17,901 nucleotides of DNA, from NCBI GenBank assembly GCA_013166835.1, contig JABLTI010000049.1, positions 1 through 17,901 of the forward strand, given 5' to 3'. Below, in pieces: positions 16,287 to 17,901 of this stretch. The stretch's first letter is position 1. Every line of letters begins with the position of its first letter. The notes under the pieces were generated by a model. That model ran no database searches. It was given only the letters and a program-made list of their open reading frames with translations, and had not been told where the DNA came from. The DNA comes from Promethearchaeati archaeon. Its GTDB lineage: Archaea > Asgardarchaeota > Heimdallarchaeia > JABLTI01. The position numbers and the translations under genes are program-made.

Positions 16287-17219
16287 CTATTTCTCTTTAA
16301 CAACGGGATTTTCTAAAATCCCAATTTTTTCAATTTCTAAGGTAACTATATCTCCTGCTTTCAAATATTGAGAAGGTTTTTGATAATGACCCACTCCTGA
16401 AGGAGTTCCAGTAAATATTATATCTCCTGGTTCGAATGTAAACGACTTTGATAAATAAGAAATTGTATAAGCAACCGAGAAAATCATATGTTTTGTGTTT
16501 GATTTTTGCCAAGTATTACCATTTACTTTCAGTTCAAGTTCCAATTCTTGTGGATTTGGTATTTCATCTGGTAACACAATCCAAGGTCCCATGGGAGCAA
16601 AAGTGTCCATGGTTTTCGCTCGAGTGAATTGTTTATCTTCATATTGATAGTCTCGTGCTGTAACGTCATTGCCAATCGTATAACCAAAAACATGTTCGAG
16701 TGCTTTATCTTCCGGAATATGTTTTCCTTTCTTTCCAATTACTACAACAAATTCAATTTCAACATCAGGTTTTTCTGAGATTTTTGGAATCACAATATTA
16801 TCTTGATGACCTATTATTGCTGAATTGAATTTTCCCCAAATCATTGGATTCTTGGGTACTGCAGCACCACCTTCTTTTGCATGATCAAGGAAATTTCTTC
16901 CTAAACAGATGATTTTTTGTGGATTAGAGATTGGCGCTCGAAATTTTATTTCTTCAAGTGGATAAAAAGCAGCTGAATGTATTCCATTGAAAATTTCTGA
17001 ATCATTGGATTCAAGTTCCTTAAGTTGTTCTATCATTTGTTTAAGCTTCTTAATTCCCTTATCTCCGATTTCAATGAAATCTTTCATATCCTTAATAGTT
17101 TCAAATTTTGACTTGGGTAAACGCTCCCCAGCATTGACAATATCTATAATTTCACTTTCACTCCAGAAAGTTCCAATTCGATTTTGCCCATCTTTTGTTT
17201 GGAAAGTAAATATTTTCAT
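16287..17219 (-). CDS. Fumarylacetoacetate hydrolase (FAH) family protein
   Basis: 'KIICLGRNF.DH', 'DVEIEF', 'GYTIGNDVTARD', 'KTMDTFAPMGP', 'PGDIIFTGTPSG', 'LENPV'. Confidence 0.93.
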   Translation of the reverse strand: MKIFTFQTKDGQNRIGTFWSESEIIDIVNAGERLPKSKFETIKDMKDFIEIGDKGIKKLKQMIEQLKELESNDSEIFNGIHSAAFYPLEEIKFRAPISNPQKIICLGRNFLDHAKEGGAAVPKNPMIWGKFNSAIIGHQDNIVIPKISEKPDVEIEFVVVIGKKGKHIPEDKALEHVFGYTIGNDVTARDYQYEDKQFTRAKTMDTFAPMGPWIVLPDEIPNPQELELELKVNGNTWQKSNTKHMIFSVAYTISYLSKSFTFEPGDIIFTGTPSGVGHYQKPSQYLKAGDIVTLEIEKIGILENPVVKEK

Positions 17220-17403
17220 TTTGATTACCTATAATTTTTCTCAACAATCTCCCCTTGAATTATTTGAGTTTTAAAATTCATTGGTAGTACTTTTATTTTG
17301 TCTTTTTAGTATTAAAATAAGAAGCAATTTCCAGACAAAACACTTTTTTAGCGTGAAGTCCACATCTTTAGTGTTATATTATTTGTTGCGAGGTAGTAAA
17401 TTT

Positions 17404-17901
17404 ATGACTAAAATGAAGAATGCTGAAAGATTAAATAAAATTGCTCCATCTGGTATTAGAGAACTTTTCTCACGTGCACAAGGAATTCCCGGAGTAATTT
17501 CATTAGGTATTGGGCAACCAAATATTCCTACACCTAAAGGTCTTGTTGATTCTGTTGTTCGTCTAATTGAAGGCGGAGATAATTACTATTCCCCTACCCC
17601 GGGCACTAAAACTTTTAGAGAGGGAGTAGCAGAACAAAATAAGCGTGATTATAATCTTGATTATGATTCAAACACCCAAATCCTTGCAACTGCTAGTGGT
17701 TGTGAAGCACTTTATTGTGCGCTAATGGCTTTTGTTGATCCTGGAGATGAAGTATTGATCCCTGATCCTTCCTTTCTCACTTATCCTCGTCAAACAGTTC
17801 TTGCTGGTGGAGTTCCTGTTTGGATGAAGCCCACTAAGGAATTGAAGATTGATACTTCTAATCTTCAAGAATACATTTCTAATCGTTCCAAAGTAATTAT
17901 T
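17404..17901 (+). CDS. PLP-dependent aminotransferase class I/II (AspC-like), 3'-truncated
   Basis: Not in the ORF track because there is no stop in the window. My translation: MTKMKNAERLNKIAPSGIRELFSRAQGIPGVISLGIGQPN...YYSPTPGTKTFRE...ATASGCEAL...FVDPGDEVLIPDPSFLTY. SD GAGGT at 17390-17394. Confidence 0.92.
   Translation, partial: MTKMKNAERLNKIAPSGIRELFSRAQGIPGVISLGIGQPNIPTPKGLVDSVVRLIEGGDNYYSPTPGTKTFREGVAEQNKRDYNLDYDSNTQILATASGCEALYCALMAFVDPGDEVLIPDPSFLTYPRQTVLAGGVPVWMKPTKELKIDTSNLQEYISNRSKVII

Noticed and set aside
143-17274. Short 60-127 aa ORFs in the track (e.g. 4037-4420, 7935-8198, 9956-10204, 16987-17274)
   Set aside because: All lie wholly or almost wholly within well-supported genes, antisense or out of frame, with no recognisable motifs. 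They are shadow ORFs.
1-17901. Mobile elements, CRISPR arrays, defence systems or eukaryotic signature proteins
   Set aside because: No transposase or integrase, no regular repeat-spacer pattern, and no such domains among the ORFs. Nearly all bases are explained by housekeeping genes.

Overview
AT-rich, gene-dense archaeal housekeeping region. Archaeal origin follows from pantoate kinase, phosphopantothenate synthetase, an MfnA-type decarboxylase, ABCE1 and an archaeal-type TyrRS. An Asgard/Heimdallarchaeia-like source is plausible but is only an impression. The core is a tightly packed minus-strand coenzyme A operon (pok-pps-panB-panE-mfnA/adc-coaBC). It runs directly into a PaaK/F390-synthetase-like adenylate-forming enzyme and is followed by a divergent DAGK/YegS-family kinase. 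No recognisable PPAT (coaD) or dephospho-CoA kinase is in the window. Other genes: a 5'-truncated ABC permease, a DUF1295 membrane protein, a GNAT, ABCE1, tyrS, a VOC protein, a gamma-glutamyltransferase-family enzyme, an FAH-family hydrolase and a 3'-truncated class I/II aminotransferase missed by the ORF track. The two most interesting observations are a ~110-nt multi-stem RNA-like element upstream of tyrS and the adenylating enzyme plus kinase appended to a CoA operon that lacks exactly those two steps. No mobile elements, CRISPR arrays, tRNAs or rRNAs were seen.
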